DNA of 63,582 bases, filler included, from Squatina squatina (Eukaryota), in assembly GCA_031763465.1 (NCBI GenBank). It is 3 parts of 3 records of this genome, joined end to end, with 100 filler letters (N's around TTAATTAATTAA, not from the genome) between each part and the next. Parts side by side here need not be neighbours in the genome. Positions count along the whole stretch, not along the records: positions 1 to 29,383 come from JARFOE010000233.1; 2 more parts are not named here. One strand, written 5' to 3'. The notes under the pieces were generated by a model. That model saw nothing but the letters and a program-made list of their open reading frames with translations. It ran no database searches and had not been told where the DNA came from. The position numbers and the translations under genes are program-made. This document shows positions 1-11,990 of this stretch, one piece after another (position 1 is the first letter of the stretch; every line of letters starts with the position of its first letter).

Positions 1-3000
1 AGCAGCTTGGATGAATGGGCAAGGTCTTTACAGATGCTGAGGTAAACAGAAACCAGTGAAAGATTTCACTGTAAGACTGAAATAGATCCTGGAGTTATAG
101 AATTAACTGATAAACGTCACCCAACTTCCCGAACCAGTATTCTTTCAAAATCTCTAAATACTGTATCCCAAAAGATCAAATACGTCAAATTAGCACATAT
201 CTTCCATAATCTAAACTGTCATTTCAAGAGTGACTACCACCTCTAACTATAGCTTTATTATCCATATTTCCCTTGGTTGAAAGGTGGTGAATGTTTATTT
301 AACGTGATAAAATGGTCCATCAGCACTAATCTCCATCGATAACTGCCACACAAAGATGAGCGATGAGCGGACAAGACACAATTAATTGCCACTAGTTTTC
401 TGGAGAAAGCTGGCCGAATCGACTGTATCAGGGCACCGATCGATCGCCTCAGAGATGCTATTCATCATCTCGGTATTGTTTGGGTCTCTTAGGGACCAGC
501 CGCAGTTTTATCTAAAAATCCTATCTGTCTTCCCCCAAACTCCGTCAACCTGGTAAAATCCAATCAGCTGCCCAACGGCGCCGTACAGCCCCAGTCTTCA
601 TCTTTGTAACAAGGAGCGTACCGAGTATTGGTAGAAAAATACAGCAAGACACAGCCGATTGAGGGAGGTGTACTCACATGACAACTGTTTTTTTTTGGAC
701 TGTATTGCAATTCCAGAGAACACATGTATAAATGATTGATGAATCCGATGTGGGATTTACATAATTGATGCAACATATTCCAAATCTGATATATTCATAT
801 TATGATAGGAACTTATCAGGTGATGTACATTTTAGAATCTATGCTTTTGGGTATATAGCCGGTGCCCCATGTGCAGATAGTGCGGGGAGAGATTGCACAT
901 ACACTATTTTACTATTTTAATGCAGTCTTGTATTGACACCAAACATTATTATGTAGTTGATTGAGTTTCTAATATTGCCTAACTGGAAAGATGTTCATTT
1001 TATATTATAGACAAAGGCTGTTTTACGTTATATTTATTTTATTCTGTCTACTTTTCCTCGCGGCTCAGATTAACCATAAAGCATGTGTAATATATATAGT
1101 TGCCAATTTAAAATAGGTAAGAAGATTCGATATTGCTGTTCAAATAGTTCACGTGCAATGTGCTCCGAAGGTTACACTGTGGATGCGGGTAATGGCGATC
1201 AATGATTATACGTAAAGTGCAAAAAGAACTTAGCTTAGTGTTATTTTAGGAACTTAAAATTGGTCATAGGAGTATTTCAGGCTTGTTTGTAATCAAACTA
1301 ATGGGAAACGGTAAAAACACCTTTTCAATTTAAGGGACAGGGTCTATGGCCGTTAGGACAGTGTCTATGAGTAGTTCAGATAATTCCTATAATACTGTGT
1401 TGTTAGAAGGAAACGTCCAAAAAAATGGATGACAGATGCAGGGCTCTTAAAAAAAAAAGTTTATTAAGAAGTTTATACAAGAAGCTGCAATCATGGAATT
1501 TAGTTCAATTAAAACATATAATTAGTTTCCTGGACAGCAGATAATTATGTGACCGAGGGGTGATATCTCCAGGTGTACAGTGTATTGCAACTTTTAACCG
1601 CGATTTAAACCAAGTACACAGAATCGAATTGCCAACACAGTTTTCGGCCTGGGCAAAATTGTAGATCGGCCGCACTGAAGTGCTTGGACTTTTTGAATAG
1701 TCCTCGTATCAAACGCTATTCAAGGATTGCACTGCAAAGGACAGATTGCTGTGCAGGCCTGTTTAACTTTCAGCTTCAAAGTTAGGATTTATTGGTGCTT
1801 CTTGTGTGTGGTTTCAAACGGAGGAGTGCAAGGGCAGCACGATGGGAACGGTTTCAATATGCATATACAGATTAAACTGAGTGTAACATGTTAAACGAGT
1901 CCAGTTAAAAAATTGGTTTAACACCAACGTTTCTTCACCTCTCTCCTTTTGTAACAAAGCAGCATGTTATCTTAAAATATCTCTCAACGTTTGGTAAAAT
2001 TTGGTGAAATATATATTTAACACTAAAAAATCTTTTACAATATGTGTACTGGATCATTACAATATTTGGCCTTCCGTTAATGAAACTCCAAAATATGTTT
2101 CAAAAGGGAAATTTTATTTGCATGTAAAGTAACCCCGCAGCGTGTTCACCGAACCCTGTAGGTTGAAACTGAAAGCACCCTTGCGGCTGTAAACTTTGAC
2201 TGAGTTGAGGAGAGTCGGGCGGGCGCTGTTTGATGTGAACGGGACGAGCTGTTTGGAAAAGAGGCTCTGTCCTGTGGAAAAACTGGAAAGCGAGGAGTGC
2301 AGGGGTAGCTGCAAGCTTCAACTTGTTCCAATTCCTGTTCTCCTTCTCCCATTCATAAAAACAGCAGTGGTCGCTCGACACGACCACTGGAACGAATTTC
2401 CGTGCAGCAGACACGCTCCAGATAGACCAACAAATCTTTAGACACGAAATTGAATGGCAAGTTTTGTTGTTGGTGCACTAACTGCAGTGGGTACTGTCTT
2501 AGCCGAGCACCTTGCATCTACCGCCGTTTTCACTGTATCTTTTGAGTCACCCTGAACTTTTTAGCTCCTAAAATGTGTATGTGTTTGTAATATAAGGCAC
2601 TATTTATCTATCCCAAGGTCTCCACTATTCTGCAAAATGGACCTAACAAAGATCCCTGGAGGGAGGGAGGGAGAGAAAATATTAGAGAACTTACAGAGAG
2701 AGAGAGATATAGAGATAGAGAGGTGTAAGTCACACACTCACTAGACCTGGAGACTTCCTGTGCGATCGACAGTGGCCCAGACACTCGTACCCTTATGTAT
2801 ATAGGCAGAGAGCCGTCGGCTGTCTAGTGGTTCGTGAGACAAGGACTTAAAGGCAAATGGATGTTTCGGGAGAGCGTTGTAGAGGAACTCACACACACAC
2901 AGTGTTTCAGGGCTCAAAAGAGAGTAGGAACTTTATTATCTTTAGCAACACTTCACTGTACACACAATTTGTTGAAAAGGACTGAGGAAGACCAGCGCTT

Positions 3001-3929
3001 TCTAATCCCTGGTTCGAATTAATGCACCCCAATTTAGACAGGCCGTCCGAATGGCCTCTAAATGCTAGCCCACTAATTCTACAGTCTAAGAGAGTGGCCG
3101 CTGNNNNNNNNNNNNNNNNNNNNNNNNNNNNNNNNNNNNNNNNNNNNNNNNNNNNNNNNNNNNNNNNNNNNNNNNNNNNNNNNNNNNNNNNNNNNNNNNN
3201 NNNNNNNNNNNNNNNNNNNNNNNNNNNNNNNNNNNNNNNNNNNNNNNNNNNNNNNNNNNNNNNNNNNNNNNNNNNNNNNNNNNNNNNNNNNNNNNNNNNN
3301 NNNNNNNNNNNNNNNNNNNNNNNNNNNNNNNNNNNNNNNNNNNNNNNNNNNNNNNNNNNNNNNNNNNNNAAACGTTTAAATAAGTGACCAATTAAAGGCC
3401 CATTAGCCAGGGCACGTTTTGAGAATGATTTTCTAAAAGCTGTAATGTTCGTAACTTTTTAATGTTTGTATTGATATGTTGATATGGGGTCTAGCTCGCC
3501 AGCCTATTTTACTCCTTTTCTCTTTCCACTTGTGAACTATATACGGGAACAGGATTTTGTAAAAAGATAACAGATTCAATTTAGGAAAACAAAGCAAAAA
3601 TATGCAATAGCTCCATTTTGCCTTTTTATAAATCCCGATTTCCTTTCCTCTGTGTCTGCACTGGTGAATTCTGTATAATAAATAGAGTCTTTAAACCTTG
3701 TTGTAAATTGTAATAAGATCAGTAACGGATAAGTTGCCACTTGCTGCTTCCTGCCGTCTCCTTCCACTAATCGACTGTCTCCGTCTTTCCCCTCACAACC
3801 CTTTCCATTAGCCCTTTCTTTTGCCACGCATTCTAACCTCATATCTTCCTCAGCACTCAGTCAAACCTGTCTCCTCTCCCAGACCAGTCATTCCAATCTG
3901 TCCGACTGCCTTGCTGTCTAGTTGAACAT

Positions 3930-4080
3930 GTCCCTCTGTATTAGCACTAAGTACTGAATGAAGAGTCTTCATCATCTACTGTGCCTACAGAACAACATTC
4001 ACTACACTTTAAAAAGTCATTCATTATGTGGAGTACTTTGTGATGTTTCAACATGAAAGGCATTGTTTAAGTCTAAGTAC
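3930..4080 (+). mobile_element. Decayed SINE 3' tail (Deu-SINE/L2-tail type)
   Basis: cctacagaacaacattcactacactttaaaaagtcattcatt...gaaaggcattgtttaagtctaagt resembles the reverse complement of the better-preserved copy at 41585-41745. Confidence 0.5.
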
Positions 4081-4418
4081 TATTATTAGTACTGTACCAG
4101 TCTAGTGGTCTCTCCCTCTCCTTTGCCATCTCTTTCTTTTGCTGCCTCTAATCTGTTTTCCCTGCCTTCTTCCTTCCTTTATAACTCACTGAAATCTGTC
4201 TGCTTTCTCTTGCTACTCAGTCAAACTTACCTTTTCACTTACACCTTGGTCTAACCTATTGCCCTTCCTTGCCTCTCAGTCTAACCTCTTCATTTGCTGC
4301 CAGTTTAACCTAAGACCTCATTCTGGTCACACAGTCTTATCTATGCCTACTCATCTGTCACATAAACTAAGTTGTCCCTTCCCTTGCCGCCTAATCTAAA
4401 TTGTCCTTCTCTCCTCAG

Positions 4419-4534
4419 GCTGTGACATGTGTGCTGACAATCGGAATGGCGAGTGCCCAATGCATGGGCCACTCCACTCACTGCGTCGCCTCGTGGGTAC
4501 AAGCAGCAGTGCAGCCACAGCTCCACCCGATGTA
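4419..4534 (+). CDS. PRDM6: PRDM6 coding exon, 5' part (zinc-knuckle region before the PR/SET domain), interrupted by transposon sequence
   Basis: Polypyrimidine tract and acceptor ctcctcAG at 4417-4418. Translates (R)[38 protein letters not shown], nearly identical to recalled human PRDM6 [38 protein letters not shown]. Followed by TCA TAA (stop 4538-4540). Not in the ORF track. Confidence 0.93.
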
Positions 4535-5186
4535 TCATAAAGCAAGCAGTTGGCATGCTGTAGATGCACTTCAGATACTTGGAGGAGCCCTTCAGTATGC
4601 ACCAGCCAGGGTCTCCAGAATCATCATTGTTTGCTGCGTGCTGCACAACATAGTGCTGCAGGAGGAGCAAGGCGCAGAGTGTACAGCCTCTTCAGAGGAG
4701 GAGGAGAAGGCAGAAGACGAGAATAAGGAGAATGAACCTAAGGTGGAGATGGCACCAGCAGCGGCACACATTGCTGCTCAGGGTGCCAGGGATGGCCTCA
4801 TCATGGCCAAGTTTACTTAACTTGCTCCAGTGCACCCATATAGCTGCTACATGCTGTACCAAGTTTCCCCCCACTACCAACAACCCAACAATCACCAAGC
4901 CATTCCTTTCACCCAAACCCCATTGCTTGAGGTTAAGTAATGTCTCACCATTCACTCCAAGTGACAAAAATCCACTTCCAAGGTAGCAGGCAAAAATGGA
5001 CAAGACCAGAAAGCAGTGCAAGGAAATACATTTAGCTGTGTCATAAAAATAACAGAAACTTAGCACTAATATTTGTTCATACACCCATGTGCTACCCGTA
5101 TGCATCTACTTCTGTGTCCTTTTTCTTTTCCAAGTGCTTCTACGAGGTGCAGCACCTGTGGCTTCAGCAGAGGCAGAGGCAGAGGC
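4525..5186 (+). mobile_element. PIF/Harbinger DNA transposon fragment (decayed HARBI1-like DDE transposase C-terminus plus downstream sequence)
   Basis: Reads [18 protein letters not shown], then after a frameshift GGALQYAPARVSRIIIVCCVLHNI and an acidic tail. This matches the HARBI1-family motif IEQTIGxLKxRFRCL...GGALQYxP...CCVLHN. Segment 4767-4825 resembles 53010-53068. Confidence 0.85.
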
Positions 5187-5286
5187 NNNNNNNNNNNNNN
5201 NNNNNNNNNNNNNNNNNNNNNNNNNNNNNNNNNNNNNNNNNNNNNNNNNNNNNNNNNNNNNNNNNNNNNNNNNNNNNNNNNNNNNN

Positions 5287-5428
5287 CACTGTGCCAGGCC
5301 TGGGCTATGGCATCTGTGCAGCACAACGCATCCCACAGGGAACCTGGCTTGGACCTTACCAGGGAGTTGCCATCTCCAGGGAAAAGGTGCAGGTGGGAGC
5401 TCTCAGAAACAGTCGTCACCTCTGGGAG
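5287..5428 (+). CDS. PRDM6: PRDM6 coding exon, 3' part (PR/SET domain start); 5' side lost in gap
   Basis: Translates [47 protein letters not shown] (recalled human [27 protein letters not shown]...NTQHLWE). Donor GAG|GTAAGA at 5429. Confidence 0.93.
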
Positions 5429-6211
5429 GTAAGAAGCAACTGGCCTTAAACCACTTGAACATCAATATATTCTGTAGCGCCATGAATTTGTTTGTGATAT
5501 AAATGTTACATAAAGGCTGCAACATGGTGAGCTATGCTATGGGATAAAATGTTACCATTTGCAATAAATTAGTTTGCATGAAATATTTTATTTTTTCAGA
5601 GCTTTGGCATCATGTTCTAATTACAGGAACAATGTTTTAATGAAAATCTATTTTGAACAGAATATTCAAAGAGCAAATATCTTAAAAGTCACATCACACA
5701 ACAGTAAATAAATTGGAAATCACACTGTCCCCAAATATAATGGGACCAATTTACCAAGTAATACAGTACAGTGGAACTCATCTTTTGGAACCTCTTTAGC
5801 TTCTTCAGGGTTTAACATATCAGTCTACTTGTGATATATAAATTATATCACATGGGCCTTCACAATGTATATCTCTACATGAGGCTGAGCAGATAACCCA
5901 TCAGCATTGAGTTCTGGTCATGTAGGAGCGATTCATCACATAGTGTAATTGGCCATGACATTTTCTATTTTTTTATGCTTGAAGTATATTTTGTAGTTTG
6001 AAAATTTTAAATGTTACTTTATCATTTACAGTCATAACTGTCAAAATATGATTCTTATTTTCATTATTATTGTCCACAAATAAATGGGGCATTGTAACTA
6101 AGAAATGTTGATTCTTTTCACATATGTATTTAGTGCTGGTTCTGACATAAACTTGTAATATTAATATAAAGTCATAGAATCATACAGAAAGTTGAATATG
6201 GCACAAATAGT

Positions 6212-6946
6212 GGGCCAGATTTTGCTAAAAGAAAATAATGGCATCTGAACGACATACACCGTCATTAATGCTCAAATCAGCCAGCAACTTGTAGCGAGGA
6301 AGAGATATCCCGTGAATTGTGAATGGCTGATTTGTGCCGCTCCACCATTAGCTTCACAAAAACGGGTTCTCGAGTTTAACCTCCTATGATTTTCATGAAG
6401 TGGCTGCATTTACACATTAATTCCTATTAACCTCACCACAGAAAGTTAAGTCTAGTAATTATCAGCATAAGTAACCTATTAACGATGTGATAATTATTAA
6501 AGACTGCCAATCAACCTCTGTTGCCCATAAAGTAAACAATTATAAGTGTGGAGTCTCATTCTTTAGGAGATTTTAAAAATGCCAAATTTTAAATTTAATT
6601 TTTTTCTTACTTTTCCTTTGTCTTTTCTCTCTTAATCCAATCTTTCTTTCCTTCCCTTATTTCTCTTTCTGTAGCTGAGTTGACATTGAATTCATCCACT
6701 CTAATTCACTCTCCTTCTCAGTCCTTCCTCTATTTATTTCTCAGTCCTTTAATCTCATTGGTTAAGGGGATACACTGTCCCATTGCTCACCAAGGTACCA
6801 GTTGCCCTGTTGCCTTCGGCATTATCAGCTCGCACTTCCTGCAACTTTGTGGGCAAAAATTTTAAAAGCTAAATGTACAATTGTAAGTCTAACTAATGGG
6901 ACATGCCACGAGATGTCATGCCCATTGTATTTCCTGAAATCCAGCT
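6212..6946. mobile_element. Non-autonomous DNA element (MITE, probably Harbinger-type termini)
   Basis: Begins gggccagattttgc and ends gaaatccagct (imperfect TIRs). The first ~100 bp align by eye with 49405-49495. Confidence 0.6.
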
Positions 6947-7369
6947 GTTACTGGTGGTTANNNNNNNNNNGGCTCAGCTTATTCCTTTCTAGGAACTGAT
7001 GCCACCCTAATAGTTCTCCAACATTAAAGTATATCTGTAGTAACACCCAGTAAAACAGTACTTGTATTATGGCGGAAAAATCAACAAGTCAAACTTTATT
7101 CTGACATTTGGCAAATGTTAATATGAATAAGGACTATTGGGACACTAGATTAAATAACAGGTTATTAGCTCAGTAAGTGTTTTCTGAATATAGTTTTACC
7201 TCTAAAGCAGAAAACCATGATCTTTCACTGCAAATTTTTTATGATCCAGCTATTTAAAATACTTGGATGNNNNNNNNNNNNNNNNNNNNNNNNNNNNNNN
7301 NNNNNNNNNNNNNNNNNNNNNNNNNNNNNNNNNNNNNNNNNNNNNNNNNNNNNNNNNNNNNNNNNNNNN

Positions 7370-7704
7370 CTTTCCTCACAAGACAACCCTTCCATCCCAG
7401 GAATCAACCCCGTGAATCTTCTCTGAACTGCGTCCAATTATAGCATATCCTTCCTTAAGTAAGGGGACCAAAACTGCGCACTGTACTGCAGCTGTGGTCT
7501 CCCCAGCGCTCTGTACAGCTGTACCAAGACTTCCCAACTTTTATACTCCATCCCCCTTGAAATAAAAGTCAACTTTCCATATGCCTTCCCAATTACCTTC
7601 TGCACCTGCAAGCTAACTTGTTGTGTTTCATGTACGAGGACACACAAGTTCCTCTGTACCGCAGCACTCTGTAGTCTCTTTCCATTAAAATAATATTTTG
7701 ACAT
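7370..7704 (-). mobile_element. CR1-clade LINE ORF2 (reverse transcriptase C-terminal) fragment
   Basis: Minus-strand translation QRNLCVLVHETQQVSLQVQKVIGKA...RPQLQYSAQFWSPYLRKD / VQRRFTGLIPGMEGLS is typical of CR1 ORF2. Confidence 0.9.
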
Positions 7705-10700
7705 TATATTCTTTTTTCCAATGTTTGTAACTATTACCTACAAACTAACCCTGTATTTTTTTTAACAGGTAGACGGGGAGTTTAAAAGCATCAGGAATTA
7801 TAGAGAGAATCTAGGAGACTCCTTCAAAAGTTTGCATCGAACAGTTTTATTTTGAAGTACACAAAACAGCTTTAGTTTTTATCCATTGACTTTGAATAGA
7901 CAGAAAATCTCTAGTAACTGTGCTTCTCTTACGCTACCTCAAGGTATCTCAGAGCTGCATTATTGATTGAATTAAGATGCAGAGCAGATTGAAAGGAGGG
8001 GAGATCAAGGCTAGCCATTTAGCCTCAGAAACAGTTATTGCCACATAAAAGTTTTATATATGTTTTTAACTTAAAAATAAGGACAAGAATACAAAAGGAA
8101 AGTAATATATCATATGTAATTCCATGAGATTGCCTGATATGGCAGGGTAATTGACTCATTCTATTCTCTCAACTATAAAGTAGTGAAGGAAAAAACCTTC
8201 AAATGATTCATAAATGAGTTAGATGCTGTTGTGAACCGATTGTAGATCCTTTGCTTTGAGATGGCTGATCTAAGCTTGGCCGAATGACCCTCTTGTCTGT
8301 ATTTATCTTTTGATCTTTAGATGTATCTGAGTTTATCAAAGATTTTAGAAAGTAATAGAATTCAATTTTGATAGTGCAGAAATGTCTGCCCAATTCATTT
8401 ATTATTGATTTTGTCTTGACAGCTTTTGACTACTAGTTGGGATCTTGCTTTGTTAAGATCTGTCTACAATATTCCACATTTCTGTTCAGCCTCAAATTTA
8501 TGACTACCAATTCCTAAGCCTCTATTTAAAAGATTTCCTTAATTATATTTTAGTTCCTTCTACCATTTGATTATGTAATCATGAGCTAGTATCGCTGTGT
8601 CCACTTGTTTGTACACACTGGCTGCCGCTGCAGGCCTATGCTTCAGTACTGGCAGAAATTGTTCTCTGCAGTCAATTCCTCACTTCACTCCACCTCTATT
8701 GCTCTAGCTTCAGGCTCGAGTTCCACAGCTATTCTCAGCTGTGTCCTATAGCATGCTCTGCCACTCCCATGACAGCACCCATTGCTGGATCTCTCAGAGT
8801 AGCAACTCTAACTGCCTCATCCCCTTCCCATAGTGAACATCTCATCNNNNNNNNNNNNNNNNNNNNNNNNNNNNNNNNNNNNNNNNNNNNNNNNNNNNNN
8901 NNNNNNNNNNNNNNNNNNNNNNNNNNNNNNNNNNNNNNNNNNNNNNACTGTGCACATTGACAGTGCAGTCATGCGAATATGGATTGCTTTCAGTATACGA
9001 TTAGTTTGATGTACACATTTAAATTCCAGTGGGAGTTATTGCTGGGAGTGATTGTGCAATTGCAATCACAAGAGATTCTCTCCTTTATGTCTTATACTGG
9101 AAGCTTAGAACTAATTGATGTATACAAAATCCAAATTGTAATCCTAGAAATCCACTGCTGGAATGATTTTTTGATCCCAATAGTTATACACAAAAAAAGA
9201 CTATAATGTCATTTTATAATGATACATTTATAAAATGTAAAACCACAGTGTCAGAGAGAGTAGAAACTATTTGTTAAATCTGACTGTCAGGCTATGTAGT
9301 TTTTACATGGCATTTTTCTGGTGCTGTTTCTCATTTAATTCTAACAATACCATTTTTCATACAGTGCAACTGCATAGTCCAATGTGTTTTGCACTTAAAT
9401 TTAGACTATATTCCCCAAAGGCTCAATTGACAAGTGTACTGGTCAGTATGAAGTTGAACCTTTCAAGGCCAGAAGCTNNNNNNNNNNNNNNNNNNNNNNN
9501 NNNNNNNNNNNNNNNNNNNNNNNNNNNNNNNNNNNNNNNNNNNNNNNNNNNNNNNNNNNNNNNNNNNNNNNNNNNNNCAAAGAGTACTATAATAAAGGCT
9601 GACACAATGAGATTTTGAACAAAAATCAATATAATAACAATGTATAGTGTTAAATAAAAGCTGCTTTAATTCTCTGGTTACTTTATCTTCTATTATTAAT
9701 TTATATTTATCTCCAGTTACTTTCCCCATCTGTGTATTATTCCATATGTACTGTATCCAAATATAACATTCCAAACACAACCAGATCTTTTATTTGTAAA
9801 TGATTTTTATCATTTGTGTTAAATCATTATTTTTTCTGGACAGTGACAGAGGCTGTTTAACTTTTAGCACTGCATTACTATACAAATAATCACAGGTCTG
9901 TCCTCGACTGCCTTTGCGTACTGTTTGTCTTGTACTTGATCCATGTGCTCCACTGTACTGTAAGTTCAGACTGGATCAGATATGATTCCATTACCTCACA
10001 CCATGTCTTGTCACCTGTGAGTGTTCATGGGAAATGATAAACCGTCTGAACCACAGACCACGTTAATTCTTCCTGTGACATGAATCAGTGGAAAGGTGAC
10101 AAGTTTAGCACTGGTTCACTGAGTTAGAAAGCCACATAATTAGTCATTTCAGTTATTTCATGGCCCATTTCATTTTGGATCCCAGGCTCTTGTGTGTGTA
10201 CAGCAGTTGCCCAATTTGTTTTTGAAAAGGATCCTGGTATTCTTTAACAAAACATTCCATTTGGCAAAAGTTTTTTTTCCAATAATAGTGAAAAGTGCAA
10301 TTATAAATAAATCTGGTAATTTAGGCAGACTGGAGTTCTAAAAACAATCCTTTCCAACTGTTTTTATAATAAAACAGAACATTTTCTGAATAATTAATAA
10401 ACAAGCAATANNNNNNNNNNNNNNNNNNNNNNNNNNNNNNNNNNNNNNNNNNNNNNNNNNNNNNNNNNNNNNNNNNNNNNNNNNNNNNNNNNNNNNNNNN
10501 NNNNNNNNNNCATTTTGCTTAGGCCTCAGGCTGAAGCCTAATGGACTAAAGTCAGATTTACTCACTGTAATAAGGGCAGAAGGTCAAGCAACTGTCAGCT
10601 TGCCTGTACATTCTCTCTTCAGAGTTGGGTGGAGGCTGTTAACATGAAGCTTTTCAAAGTAAATTTACAACCAGCAGTACTGACAGAGACCAATCAGTAC

Positions 10701-11255
10701 ACCATAAATGTCAGGTTAGTGAGATTGAGCAGTAAGTAAAGTACTGACAGTATACTATTGGCTAGAATCAGTTGCTGAAGGTTTGACTAAAACTGGTAAA
10801 CGCATTCACTGGAAAAACCATTAATACAAAGTAAGTAATTTCTATGTCTGTATGGCCAATTTTAACTTGAGCAGGAATCGGGGGTGCGGGGGCAGAAGCG
10901 GGCGGTGAACTGCCCGACCCCCCCACCACAGCATGAGGTCCGGGAGATTTTAATTCCCAGGCCTCATTTACTGCCGGTGGGTGAGAGCCAAAATTGATGG
11001 GTGGTCAGGCTGTTGCTGGAGACTCATGGAAAAGACCCCCCGGCAAGGGCAGTATGGATTGGGGGTGTGGAAGCCCAGACACGGGAGACTCAAGGTGTCA
11101 TTGTGGGGCTAGGAAGAGAACTCCTGCTCCTCCTGTCCCATAAGCAACTTTTTACNNNNNNNNNNNNNNNNNNNNNNNNNNNNNNNNNNNNNNNNNNNNN
11201 NNNNNNNNNNNNNNNNNNNNNNNNNNNNNNNNNNNNNNNNNNNNNNNNNNNNNNN

Positions 11256-11350
11256 GGGTACTGAATTTGGATAATCAGCCATGATCATATTGAATGGTGG
11301 AGCAGGCTCGAAGGGCCGAATGGCCTACTCCTATTTTCTAGGTTTCTATA
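11256..11350 (+). mobile_element. CR1/HER1 LINE (or HE1 SINE) 3' tail
   Basis: tcagccatgatcatattgaatggtggagcaggctcgaagggccgaatggcctactcctattttctag; near-identical copies at 32458 and 40284. Confidence 0.85.
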
Positions 11351-11879
11351 ACGATAAAGATAAAGTAACACAGGTTCTTATTTCAGATGGTGAACTCCAC
11401 ACTTCAATTGGATTAATCTTGGAGAGTTACAGCACAGAGCAGAGACATGGAAAAATGTATCAATAAACCAGAGAGAGAATGGGCAAACGCTCTGCCAGTC
11501 CCAGCAGGTAACTCAGATGCTTAGAAACACGTGATTATGGAAGAGTGCAAGGCAACAAAACTGGGCGGCAAAGATTTCCACCACTATGCAACACAACTAT
11601 GTTTCAGGCATGTGCGTTCTGATTTACAGATTGTCACTCATTGGATAGTAAGGCCGTCCTGATAGTTCCAAGCTTGTTTTCTTACTTTTAACACTGATTG
11701 GGATGTTGTAGCTGCAATTTCAATGATATATACTGCAGCTGCTAAAGCTATGTTCCCTTCTAGCTGGGTTGGAAGCTTCGAAACTCACAAAGTTGCTTCA
11801 TACTTGCTTATTCCAATTGTAATGGAGGGGGCGGAGGGAATTTGGCTTTTATACGAGCAGTTTAAAGACTCTGAGCAGC

Positions 11880-11990
11880 AATATAGGGTTAGATGAAGAG
11901 GGGTGGGAAGAGCCTCGTGTGCAGCCCAGACACTGGCATGGTCCAGTTGGGCTGAATGGCTCACTTCTGTCCTGTACATTCTATCCAATA
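11880..11990 (+). mobile_element. Decayed LINE/SINE 3' tail (CR1-related)
   Basis: ggcatggtccagttgggctgaatggctcacttctgtcctgtacattctat shares the gggc(c/t)gaatggc core of the CR1-type tails. Confidence 0.55.

Noticed and set aside
4401-4820. 139-aa ORF as an intact or domesticated HARBI1 gene
   Set aside because: Its first part is PRDM6 read out of frame. The transposase part is truncated, with an upstream stop and frameshift.
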